Shown one piece after another: positions 53,684 through 64,000 of a DNA stretch of 64,000 nucleotides. Position 1 is the first letter of the stretch. Every line of letters starts with the position of its first letter. The translations under genes and the position numbers were made by a program. A model generated the notes under the pieces. It was given only the letters and a program-made list of their open reading frames with translations. It ran no database searches and was not told the origin of the DNA. Source of the DNA: Takakia lepidozioides (lineage: Eukaryota; Plantae; Bryophyta); NCBI GenBank assembly GCA_030704615.1, contig CM060733.1:5146001-5210000 (forward strand), written 5' to 3'.

Positions 53684-56600
53684 TATCATGGTTTTGTTTG
53701 TGATTAGTTAGAAATAGTTATTTCTTACTAATTAGAACATTATACATTTATATTTTGTTGGCATTGGGACTTCATTTGGTTCCATGTGCCAAGTGGGGTG
53801 GCGAACCTCACTTGGGACGTGGACGTAGGCAGGCTCGTCTTCTTCTAGTTGAGCCTCCCGAGGCCTCTCTCGCCGCCATAGCTCTAGTTCTTGAGATGGA
53901 GAGTGGGTGAGGTCTGTATGGTGGAATCCTTTAGCAAAGGTGCCATTGGCTTGACTTATATAACATGATAGAGTGGTTTCTCCTCTTTCACCAACACTAG
54001 AAAAAAACCTGCTTACATCTATGAGTGCAAGGTGTTAGCATAGTTAGCACTTGTGTGTGGAAGAGAGCTTGGTAGATAGTTCTTAAGTTACAAGGTGTTG
54101 CAGGGTTTGCAAGAGGAAAGCCTTGTGGTGTTTATGTACAAGAGGAGGTCTTCAAAGAGAGCCCCATTGAAAAGTTTGAGAGCTTGTGAAGAAGCTCTTG
54201 TTCTGCAAGTGTTGCAGGGTTTGAGGAGTTCAAGAAGAGCTCAGGTGTTAAGGAAACAAGCGGTGCATGTGTGGAGCATGGTTTCAGCTTGTGGGAGTTT
54301 TCAACTTCAAGCTTAGGAGAGCTATGAGTGGAGGTAGACATCTGATTTCTCTTTGGGGCAGAATAATGTATTTGTAGAGCATGCTTTGAGTTGGGGTTTC
54401 AATCCCAAGCTTGGGAAGAGCATGTCTATGGAAGTGGCAAGTGCAGGGCTGGATTAGGAGCTCTAAGAGGTGCACTATGGCTATGGAAGGAAGCAATATG
54501 AGTGCATGCGATGGCTAGAAGTGGGCATGCCATAGAAAGCTCAATAGCTTGTTCTATGCTTGTTTCAAAAAGTTCTATAGAGAAAGAGAGCTTGTTGTGT
54601 GGCAAATAGCTTGCTCAGAGAGTTAGAGGCACTCTTGGTGGTCTATTGATGCTCAAGAGACCAAGAACAGCACCTCTGGTTGCTCCATAAAAGCCATAGC
54701 TCGTTGCAGCAATCGCAGAGGCAAAGTGGCGCAAACCCTAGCTTGGGAACGCTTGGGAACGCGTGTGAACTCCTTGGGAACTCGAGGGAACGCGTGAGAA
54801 CGCTTGGGAACTCCCTGGGAACTCGTGGGAACGTATAGGAACGCGTGGGAACATTGCCCCAGTGTTGGGAGCACCACCATTGTCCCATCGGATGAACTAT
54901 TGAGCCAGTGGATGACAATCGGCACTCCTTGATGAGAATCGGTTGCAGTGGATGAAATTACGCCAGTAGATGAAATCATGTCAGCAGATGAACTATCACG
55001 CTATCAGATGAAAAATCACGGCAACGGATGAAACTACGTCAGCGGACGAAATCGTGGCAGCGGATGAACTATCGTGCCATCGGATGAAAAATTGCGGTGA
55101 CGGATGAAACTCCGTCAGCGGATGAAATTGTGGCAGCGGATGAACTATCGTGCCATCGGATGATGAATCGTGGCGACGGATGAAACTGCGCCAGTGGATG
55201 AAATATCGCACCGGCGGATGAACAATCGTGGCGGATGAGAAATCGCGGTTTTGGATGAAATTTGGTCGGTGACGGATGAAAAATCGACTGACTGTGGATA
55301 TTTTTGGAGCCTTATGGGGGCTTGTTTGAGGACTATTTGGGGTCTATTGAGGCCAATATCTTACAAGTATTGGGCCTGCTTTGAGGACTATTTGGGGTCT
55401 ATTGAAGCCAATATCTTGCAGGCTTGTGGAGCCTGCTTGGGGCTGTTTGAAGGACTATTTGGGGTCCTTTGAGGCCAATGTTTTGCTAGCCTGTGGAGCC
55501 TTGTGAGGGCTGGTTGGAGGACGATTGGAGGTCCTTGAGGCCTATGGGGCAGACTTATGGAACTTTCTAAGAGCTCTTTGGTTGGAGTTCCTTGGAGGCC
55601 AATACTTGGCAGATTTGAGGAGCTTCTTAAGGGCTGTTGGAGGACTGTTGGAGGGCTGTTGGAGGTCCTTGGAGGCCAATACTTGGCAGATTTATGGAGC
55701 TTCTTAAGGGCTGTTTGGAGGACTCTTTGAGGTCCTTGGAGGTCATATTGGGCAGGCTTGTGGAGCCATTGTGAGGGCTGGTTGGAGACCTTGGAGGCCA
55801 CTAATTGGCGGGCGCCTAGGGCCTTTTGGTAGACTGTTTAGTGTCCAAGTTTGCGAACTTCTTGAACCTCGATGGGTCTATGTTATGGGCTGATTGAGGG
55901 CAGATTTCAGAAGTTCATGGCAATAATTTGAGGGCTCTTGAGAGTTATTTGAGAGGTTCTTTAAGGATAGTCTTATCTATTGCTTGAGCAAGAATGACTG
56001 TGAAGGTAGAGGGAGTAATGGGATGAGAGCATTATGGGCTTAGAGATTGTTTTAGCTTCCCTTCTCTATAGTCTTCCATCATTCTTGTAGGCCAAAACTT
56101 TTCCGTTAGCGGAGGCAGAGCTAGTTTGGATAGAGACTTGGTCATCTTGCAGGTTTATTGAAGCCGCAAGGAGATCGATTGATTTAAGCTGTGGGAGATG
56201 TTATTGTTTGAGTTTCTTGTGTTTTGATCCTCCTCCCACACATGCATGCTTGACTGTGCGCCATGCTAGTTTGGTTTGGATGCTTGCTTTTATAGGTGGT
56301 TGTGCCGGAAATATTGTGGCCGGCCAATCCTAGAGCGTGCGGTCGGTGGTGAGGCTGGGGTGATGACCATCATACCATCATTGTTTCTCTTATGGTGAGG
56401 CTGGGTTGATGACCAGCAGACCATAGGAGTGCCTGCGGTGGATGCAGGTGCAGGTGCAGGTTTAGAATAGGAACCTAGTATTCCAAACCATAAGCCGCAA
56501 CAGGTTCTCTACCCGGTTACCTTGTGGAAAATGGGCTTAGAGACAGGTTGATAGCCGGTTTGAGTGTGAGTTTACATCACGGAGGTGCCACCAGTTGCTG

Positions 56601-58350
56601 AGGAGAGTGCCGGTACGAGCACCAGCGATACTAGTGGGTATACCAGACAAGGTGTGCGGTTTAGGCCACCTTCACCTTCAGTGTCTTCTGAGAAAGGTTC
56701 AGACTCAGAGTTAGGAGGATTCTCGCCGTGGGTGCAAACCATTTCCGTGCCATTGTTGTTGGATACGATGGAGAAAATGTCTGGAGTTACCAAGGGGCCA
56801 TGTCGGTACTCGGGAGCTGTGGGCACCATCGAGCTTGATGATTTCATACAGGAGTTTGATAGTTGGTGTGATTTGCAGCAGATACGCAATCCACAACTGT
56901 TTACGCTTTTTATGGCGTGGAAGGGACTGTTCAGCACCTTGAGGGTCGCCTATGGATGACTACCATGAGTTTAGGCGGGGAATGAGGTGGAGATTTGAGG
57001 AGTGGCGACAATATTGGTCACCTAACTATATCTCCATCACTAGAGGCACAAGGGCAGCGGCGACACCAGCAGCTACACCAACATCCCCAACTGCAAGCAC
57101 TAGTAGTGGGACAAGTAAAGATGGAGCTTCAAAATCCACTCAAGCTTCTGCTGCAGCACTAGCACCTGTGCCTGTCTTTAACCCAGTTCTGGAGTTCTTC
57201 GAGGAGTTGAGGAGAAACTACTAGGGAATAAGGACAGAGAAATTGCGGAGCTTACAAGAGTTCCAGCACAAGCCTACTGAGAGTTTGAGGGAGGCATACA
57301 CGCGCATGAGGCGATTGATAAATGTAACCCAAGGGGTTACGGAAGCTCAAGCAGTCCAATTCTGGTATAGGATATTGGACAAGGAGCTGAGGAGAAGGGT
57401 GTAGGATGCAACTCTCCTACAAGTGGACCAACCCACCTTAGCAAACGTGTTTTTGCTGGTAGAGTAGATAGAGCCCAATATGGTGGAGGAGCGAGTGGTC
57501 ATGGTGGGGTTTGGTAAGGAGACACAACGAAGTGGGGCTCCTAGCCAACAACAACCACTACCCCAACGTGCTCAAGGCAACAAGGAGGCTCAGGCGAAGC
57601 CCAGGGGAAGGACAGAGAGGATCTCAATTGCAGAGGTCATTTCTTTCATTCTCAGGCCAACAACAGTCAGGTGTGACATGATGGGATTGTGGAGGACCCC
57701 ATGTTAAAAGAGATTGCCCGGAGAAAGACAAAGGGCCGGCACAGGCACAGCCTACACAACTACAGTGTAGGCATTGTGGCAAGTATGGGCATGAGGGGCC
57801 CATTGTTATGACTTGCATCCTGAGCTACGGCCAGGCCAGTTCTAAGGGAACAATGGTGGCCGAGAACGAGGCAATGTAGTCCAAAGAGATAGAGGAGGCA
57901 GAGGTCGCGGTGGAGGTCGTACCAAAACCAATGAGCACAAGGTCAAGGTCAAGGTCATGACCAAGGCATGGTGGATAGGCTTGCCCAGCTAGAGCAACGT
58001 CTTGCTACCATGGCCACTACTCATGTTGCGCCAGCTCCAAGGCCTGAGATTCAAGCCCCACCTGCACAACCTCCTATGCCTAGGGAAGACCAGATTGGTA
58101 TGGGCTTCATGTGTGGAGCCGCACTTACAGGACCATTGCATGTGGACTCTGCAGCTGCTGTTATTCGAGCAGCAGCGTGTGCTCCTGAGCCAAGAGGAGC
58201 AGATGTGGATCCACAAAGAGGGGAAGCAAATCGACAGACAAGGCTTCCACAGTCTTTCACATTGGCTGAGACAGTGCCAACTACGCCATCGATGGTACCC
58301 ACTCGCCCAAGTGTGTTAGAGGTAGAGCCACGAGTGCCGGTGGGAGGGGG
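53684..58350 (+). mobile_element. Degenerate LTR retrotransposon: LTR 53684-53970, long repeat-rich leader, decayed gag (~56730-58350)
   Basis: LTR homologous to 4915-5227. Gag-like segments (YSG..ELDDFIQEFDSWC, EFFEELRRNY..EKLRSLQEF..ESLREAYTRM, knuckle CRHCGKYGH) with many stops. Confidence 0.65.
54741..55805. repeat. Three adjacent tandem-repeat blocks
   Basis: 10-11-bp GGGAAC units (54741-54852), GGATGAA-core units of ~19-23 bp (54888-55283), and ~65-bp GGAGGCCAATA units (~55300-55805). Confidence 0.85.
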
Positions 58351-58737
58351 GTGCTATTCTGTGATCCCAGAGGCGTGAGCCTGTGAGCCCAGGAAACCGT
58401 GAGCCCAGCACAGGCTCACGCCACGTCAGCATGCATACAGGGCATATTTCCGCGGGTGTCACCTATTACCGCGGGTTGATCAGCCATTTCCAGGGAATGC
58501 AGACTGGAAGTGTTACATCCATTGTATCCATCATTTCTATCCATTGCATCCATTTAGACGTAAGACTGAGGAGGACTTGAAAGAAGTCCAAAAAGGTGTG
58601 ATAGCCCTGGAGGGTCAGTGGAAGCATGCGGACTCTTGCACAAGTGGACAAAAACCAATTTTGAACACAATGATGCAATGCACAAGTCCAACGAAGAGGA
58701 TATCTCCCAATTCTTTGCAAGCATCCACAGGTTGAAC

Positions 58738-59329
58738 TTACTCACAGGCAAAGTCATCATCCAGCTCCTTGTCGGAAGTCTCCCCTGTATCAATATCAGC
58801 GGGTAGGGCTTCGGAAGGACTTGAGAAGTGTGTCCACCCAAACCCATCAGGAGGTTCTTGTAAATCTCGGCATCCCCTTCAATCCCAAAGAGATGTCGCG
58901 CACTGGCCTTGCAAGCGTGGTACGAGGCACCTGCAGTGGAATACAATGAAGGAAATAGACATTGAAGACACATTTGGAACGGTGGGAAGAGCTTAAAGTG
59001 CAAGGTCAAACAAACCTCACGAAATGTGAATGTTGAAGAGACAAAACTGTGTCCATTAACAAATCCAGAACTCTGGCGTCTGTGTAGGTGCAGCACTCCA
59101 CAATCGTCTGAATGAAAGCCGGGCTCCTCTCCCTGGCCCCTTTCCAAGGAACCCCATTCCCCCTTCGCAAGCACACGTTGTTGTCCACGTAGTGGTGCAT
59201 GTCATCCGTGGGAGGATCTGTCCTCTCGTCTATGAACTTGCCCCCATGAGTGATGGCGAACTCCCTAATGACGGCTGGAGTCGTAGGTGGATGCACTCGG
59301 ACGAGACAAATAACTTCAAACAAACAAGT
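58738..59329 (-). pseudogene. Two spliced exons resembling the C-terminus (motif X, I and downstream) of a beta-class N4-C/N6-A DNA methyltransferase
   Basis: Exon 59329-~59047 (..PWKGARERSPAFIQTIVECCTYTDARVLDLLMDT) plus exon from 58930 (GASYHACKASARHLFGIEGDAEIYKNLL) match the pattern KP..L...LI...T..GD.VLDPF.G.G.T..A....GR..IG.E.D..Y. The donor is damaged or off by 1 nt, and no catalytic motif IV exon is present. Confidence 0.55.
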
Positions 59330-59371
59330 CTGCGAACAGGACATACACAAGGGACTAAGAAGCATGAATTC

Positions 59372-60300
59372 GAAGCTCAAACAGTGTGCGCCAACGCACA
59401 CTGTTTGAGCCCCCCTTCTCATTGTTTTTTTCATAATAAAATCGTCCAGACAGGGTAACTCTGTGAGGTTCATCCACACTAACTTGGCAGCTCAAACGGT
59501 GTGCGTCAACGCACATTGTTTGAGCCCCCCTTGTAATTGTTTCTTGAATGTGAAAATCGTGCACACAGTCGCCTCTCTCTAAGGTTCATTCCATCCCTTT
59601 TTGGAAGCTCAAACAGTGTGTGACATTGCACACTGTTTGAGCCCACACTTGACATTATTTTTTCATTTTAGAATCGACCACAAAGGTCATCTCTGTCAGG
59701 TTCAATTCACACTTATCTGGCAGCCCAAACAGTGTGCGTCAACACACACTGTTTGAGCCCCCTGATTTGCTTGTTTTTTGACATGAAAATTGTGCACCTA
59801 GGGCCAGTCTGGCAGGTTGAATCCACCTCAAAATGGAAGCTCAAATAGTGTGCGGCAACGCACACTGTTTGAGCCCCCTTGTCTGCTTGTTTTTTGTTGT
59901 GAAAATCGGGCACCTAGGGCCACTCTGGCAGGTTGAAACGAACCCTTATTGGAAGCTCAAACAGTGTGCGGCAACGCACACTGTTGAGCCCCCTCTCTTC
60001 TTGTTTTTCTATGTGAAATTGGGCCAAACAGGGCCAGTATGCATGCTCAAAACACCCATAGTTGGTAGCACGAAGAGTGTGCGGCAACGCACACTGTTTG
60101 TGCCCTCTTTTTGGCCCCCTCTCTGCCTGTTTTTTTTGTGGAAATGTGCCACATAGGGCCAAATATCATGTTCAAAACACCACTATTTGGAAGCTGAAAC
60201 ATTGTGCGGCAACGCACAGTATTTTCGGCCCCCACACTGCTTGTTTTCTGATGAGAAATTGGGCCACAGAGAGCCTATCTGCCATGCTCAAAACACCATC
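59372..60300. repeat. Array of eight ~116-bp tandem units, each with a 36-bp palindrome (16-bp arms, 4-nt loop)
   Basis: GCTCAAACAGTGTGCG-NCAA-CGCACACTGTTTGAGC at 59375, 59490, 59607, 59723, 59839, 59955, 60068 and 60193. Confidence 0.95.
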
Positions 60301-60350
60301 GTTTCATGCCTCTCTTATATCAATTTGAATGAACAACTCTTTAGGAGAAG

Positions 60351-62703
60351 ATGCAAAATGTGGCGGATGAGATCCCTTCGGGGCAGGGGAAGGAGATCAT
60401 TGTTGATGTGGACGATGAGTTTTATGAAAGCAAAGCTGCTGAGATGCTAGGGGGTTAGAAGGTAAACTCTCAGCTTGTGGTGCAAAGTATGCTTGCCCCA
60501 GGTGGGAGGTTGAAGATTCCCCTATGTAGGTTGGTTTCCATGCCCGTCGTTCGTCCACCCCTCATCAAGGACATCCTGAAGCTGGAGGCCGAGTTTGTTC
60601 ATGGGTATTTGGATGGATCCGAAGTCTTTTACGTTTCTACAAAGGATTCCAGAGGCAAAGAGCTCCTTGTGGATGAGTCAATTGTGGACTCATGGGATCC
60701 CATTTGGAGACAGGTGAACGAATCCTTCGAACTTCTTCCCTCCAGGAAACCTTCCACCCAAGCATTCTCAGGGAAGATGTTTCACATTTGGGATGGAAAC
60801 CACCTGTTGCTTGCATGGATGGCTGTCATTGGGAGGCTGCACTCACAGGAGGAAGAGTGGCATTACTCTGTTCGATCGATGGTGCTGGATTGTGACGGGA
60901 ACATGATGGGTCTTCTGACGACAATGAATGATGTGAACAGGTTGGTTTCTCATTCTACATGTTCCACCTGTGGTTCCGTGGTTCTTTGGTTCAAGTCCTC
61001 TGTTGACGGTCCTTGAATTTCATTCTGACTTTCACACATCATTCTACAGAGGGACGGAGACATCGCATGTCAAAACGAGTCTGGTTCACACATTGTACAG
61101 GATACAAAGGATCGGGCAGATGCCCTTGACCAACTTCAAGACCATCCTTTCAGCAGAGACGTACAAGAAGTGCGAAAGCTCCAAGACATCAGAAACGTGG
61201 TACTCGTTGACCCGTGAGGCTTTCATGGAGTATATGTACGCAGTGAGATACATCTTCCATCATCTGGCCTTTTGATATTCCTGCTTCCACATGTTTGTTT
61301 CTGTTTGTTTCCCTTGCCCTTGGGTTGATGCAACTCTCGTGCATTCCCTTGCAGCAAGACATTGCAGATGCAGGAGAGCGTGACAAATTGGAATACTACA
61401 GCTCTACCCCTGAGGAGAGAAGGACAGCAAAAGGTGTTGAGAGTCACATCCAGAAAGAGATGACCGCCACAAGAAGGACTATTATGAGTGCTTTTGTGAA
61501 ACAACTGAGAATTGCAGACCCAACCTTCGGACCAGAGTTCCTTCAAGAGGTGAAAAACCATTACAACAAGCCAGGCAAGCCGGAGATGGCCCAGGAGAAG
61601 TTACACAGGTTGTTTACTACCGTTGTGTCTTCAGAACAGAAGGTGAAGTGGCTACAGATATGGAACTCTGATCCCACTGTTAGGGATACCCACATGTTCC
61701 CCAGGCCGGAGAAAGAGAAGAAGACCCAGCGTGTCATTCCTGTCAGTGACAATGTGCTGGACACATGGCTTCACAAGGCCACTTACTGGAGCCAGGTATG
61801 ATGTCCTTTGCTGTGTCACTTTCTTTTCGCTTTTTCTGTCATTCTTTTTCCATGTTACATTGGTTGTGATTGTTTTTTTGTTCATTCTTGCTTCTGTATT
61901 GGTCTGCAGTTGGAGGAAAGGGCCCGGGCTGGCTGACTATGGGATCACCATGACAGAACCAAAGGTCTCCTTCCAAGCATACATGAGGAAATGGAGAGCC
62001 ACAGTGTGGCAGTCTTGTTTCTTCAGAGAGTTCAGCAAGGATGCTGGCATCAGTCGAACAAATGAGCTTGACCAGCAAGAGAAAGGAGAGGAAGCCTGGA
62101 AACGATGCCTTTACAGGTGCGAAATGGACTGTGCTTCTTTGTTTTGCATAGACACAATCTCCTCCATCCAACCTGTTTTTGGCTGGCTCATATGAGTTTC
62201 TAGTGGAGTGTAATGTGTCGCATACTCTTTTAGGGGGTCTTCGTGATGGGGTGGAAAAGCTGGGAGACAATATTTGCATTGCATAATGAGGTTGTCTTTG
62301 TTCCTGCAGGTATATAAAGTATGTTCTCATGGCAGAGAACTGCTTGGACAAACATCCTGATTTCGTGGACCTTTGGCTTGTCCCTGCTGGCAACCAGACC
62401 ATGTTTACTACGGGGATCTTGCATGACTGGGGCCCAGACCATCTCTCTGCTTGTGGTTGGTATTTGGATTGCCCTGCTTCAGAGACCCCAGCTCAGGAGG
62501 TGTCTTTGAGGAGAAAGAATGAGCGTATAGCAGCTACCGCCGCAGCAACCGACCTCGACATTCATGAGAGAAATTTGAGGACTCTTGCAGAAAAGGAGCC
62601 TCCCGCTCAGGATACACCGGGTAAAGGTAGAAAGGCAAAGGGAAAGGATGTTGCTGGTGGTGTGGGGAAAGGAAGGGGTAGGGGGAGGGGGGCACAAGGG
62701 TAG
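60351..62703 (+). pseudogene. Spliced gene with an N-terminal ParB/Sulfiredoxin-like domain, decayed; followed by an LTR insertion
   Basis: Exons 60351-60940, 61050-61242, 61355-61795, 61910-~62117 and 62310-~62700 with GT-AG junctions. IPLCRL..VRP..DILKLEAEF..GY..FHIWDGNHL fits the ParB/Srx DGxHR signature. TAG at 60456, frameshift near 61930, C-terminal GRGRG tract. Confidence 0.6.
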
Positions 62704-62782
62704 GTAGGTGGGTAGGGAAGTGTTGCAGATACTGGCCCTCTGGTGGTTGTCCAACAGACTCCACCGCATGGTAGGGGATCCG

Positions 62783-64000
62783 TATTAGGTGCCAGGAACG
62801 AAGATCGACCTGTCAACTAGTTTGGAATAACAAGAGACTGCTAGAATATCGCCGAACTGACAGTTGCAGGTAAAATGAAGCAGGCTCGCGTGCACGAAGA
62901 GATCCAAGACTAGGGATTTTTGAGGGGTGCTTGGAGATGGAAAGAGGGTTGAAGAGAGGATGATGGCGTACAGGCGTCTAGAGCAGATCTGCATCGACAG
63001 GAAAATCTGTATATAGCACGGCGTGGTGGCTGGGTGGACCGGAGGCTGTAGCCGGTGCTGTGCTTTTAGAGTGTAGGTTGAAGTTGGAATAGTTGACACT
63101 GGCCTTTGGTGCCTTGCAGCGGTAGGGACTGTGATTTCTCCTTTGTATAGAGAAATGATTTAGGCTTCATCAGGTGTTGATTTGAAGAGTGACAATGCAG
63201 ATTTGATTCTAGTTACTGTTTGGGACAAGAAAGATCTGCTTAAGGCTTGTGAATACACTTCCGTGAAGAACAGGGGTGAACGATCGTTGGACTGGTGTGG
63301 TCTCTGTTACGGTCTGAGTCAATGAACGGTGACTGGAATAAAAGAAGATGGTCACATGAGTCCATATTGACGTTGATTCAAGCAAGCAGATTTCTTGGGA
63401 TCTTGTGAAGCTGTGTCGGGCTATGACTGGCTGTGTAAAGCTGTGTCAGGCTGTGACTGGCTGTGCGAAGCTATGTCGGGTTGTGTCTGGCTGTGATAGA
63501 TTGTGATGGGCTGTGTAAAGCTGTGTCTAGCTGTGAGAGACTGTGACGAGCTGTCTAACCCCCTAAAGCCTGCTCCTGCCACCCCTAAGGCTCATGTTGG
63601 TCTCAGTCTGCGCAAAAAATTAAGGGTACCCCACAGAACCCGTAAAAGTGACTAAGTCCCAAGCAGCCCTCTAACATTACCCCTCCCCCTCTCAAAAAGC
63701 CGTGTCCTCACGGTTTACTGCTTGGGATCAGCAAACCTTTGTGAGCGAGCATCCTTCAGTCGGTGAGAGTCTCGTGAAGGACTCCGTGTGCGAGCCCGAG
63801 TCCTGTCACTGGCTGATGGAGATGATTGAGCACTACCTGGAAATGTCTGACCCTCCTTTGGCTGATAACGAGGTAACCTCTCAGGCATAGGAGATCCCCG
63901 TCGTTTCTTCTCTGCCATCTGAAGTGCATAGTCCTCTGCCATGTCAAAAGAGTCCTCTGAAGAAATAGTAGTATCAGAATCCTCGTCCCCCCTTAGGTGT
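62783..64000 (-). mobile_element. 3' LTR (~62783-63676), PPT and end of pol of a third LTR (Gypsy-like) element running off the window
   Basis: Minus strand reads stop TAA, CCGTGAGGACACGG, AGGGGGAGGGGTAA, then TGTTAG; LTR ends ..CTAATA. Contains ~10-bp GCTGTG tandem repeats at 63405-63556. Confidence 0.7.

Noticed and set aside
59205-59225. TDPPT as MTase catalytic motif IV (DPPY)
   Set aside because: It lacks the aromatic residue and lies too close to motif X/I for beta-class spacing.
59372-60300. CRISPR array (36-bp palindromic repeats at regular spacing)
   Set aside because: The ~80-bp spacers are homologous to one another, there are no cas genes, and the context is eukaryotic.
62195-62206. 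TTTCTAGTG as the right end of the CACTA starting at 52690
   Set aside because: Only 8 bp match, no subterminal repeats, and it lies within an intron of the ParB-like gene.

Overview
Repeat-rich nuclear DNA with spliceosomal introns from a land plant, most likely a non-seed plant such as a bryophyte or lycophyte (inferred from gene content, not proven). Intact host genes: an F-box/kelch-type gene, tRNA-Ile(AAU), a small single-pass membrane protein, a dirigent protein, a probable multi-exon F-box/C4-zinc-finger gene, a 17-coding-exon FTSH11 protease (~897 aa) with an antisense ~5 kb LINE in intron 6, and a small secreted His/Cys-rich protein. Relics: a GNA-type lectin with one in-frame stop, an orphan first exon of DIM1/YLS8, and a PPR-E-DYW pseudogene split by a young full-length Galadriel-like chromovirus (5-bp TSD GATAC). 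Other mobile DNA includes Copia, CACTA ends, a MITE and two further LTR families. The most unusual region is 58.3-62.7 kb. It holds a spliced ParB/Sulfiredoxin-like (DGNH) gene, an array of eight ~116-bp units that each carry a 36-bp palindrome (two copies show compensatory changes), and oppositely oriented spliced exons resembling the C-terminus of a beta-class N4/N6 DNA methyltransferase. This is a candidate ParB-palindrome-MTase module carried by a mobile element, decayed in this copy. All calls come from manual motif recognition; no database searches were run.
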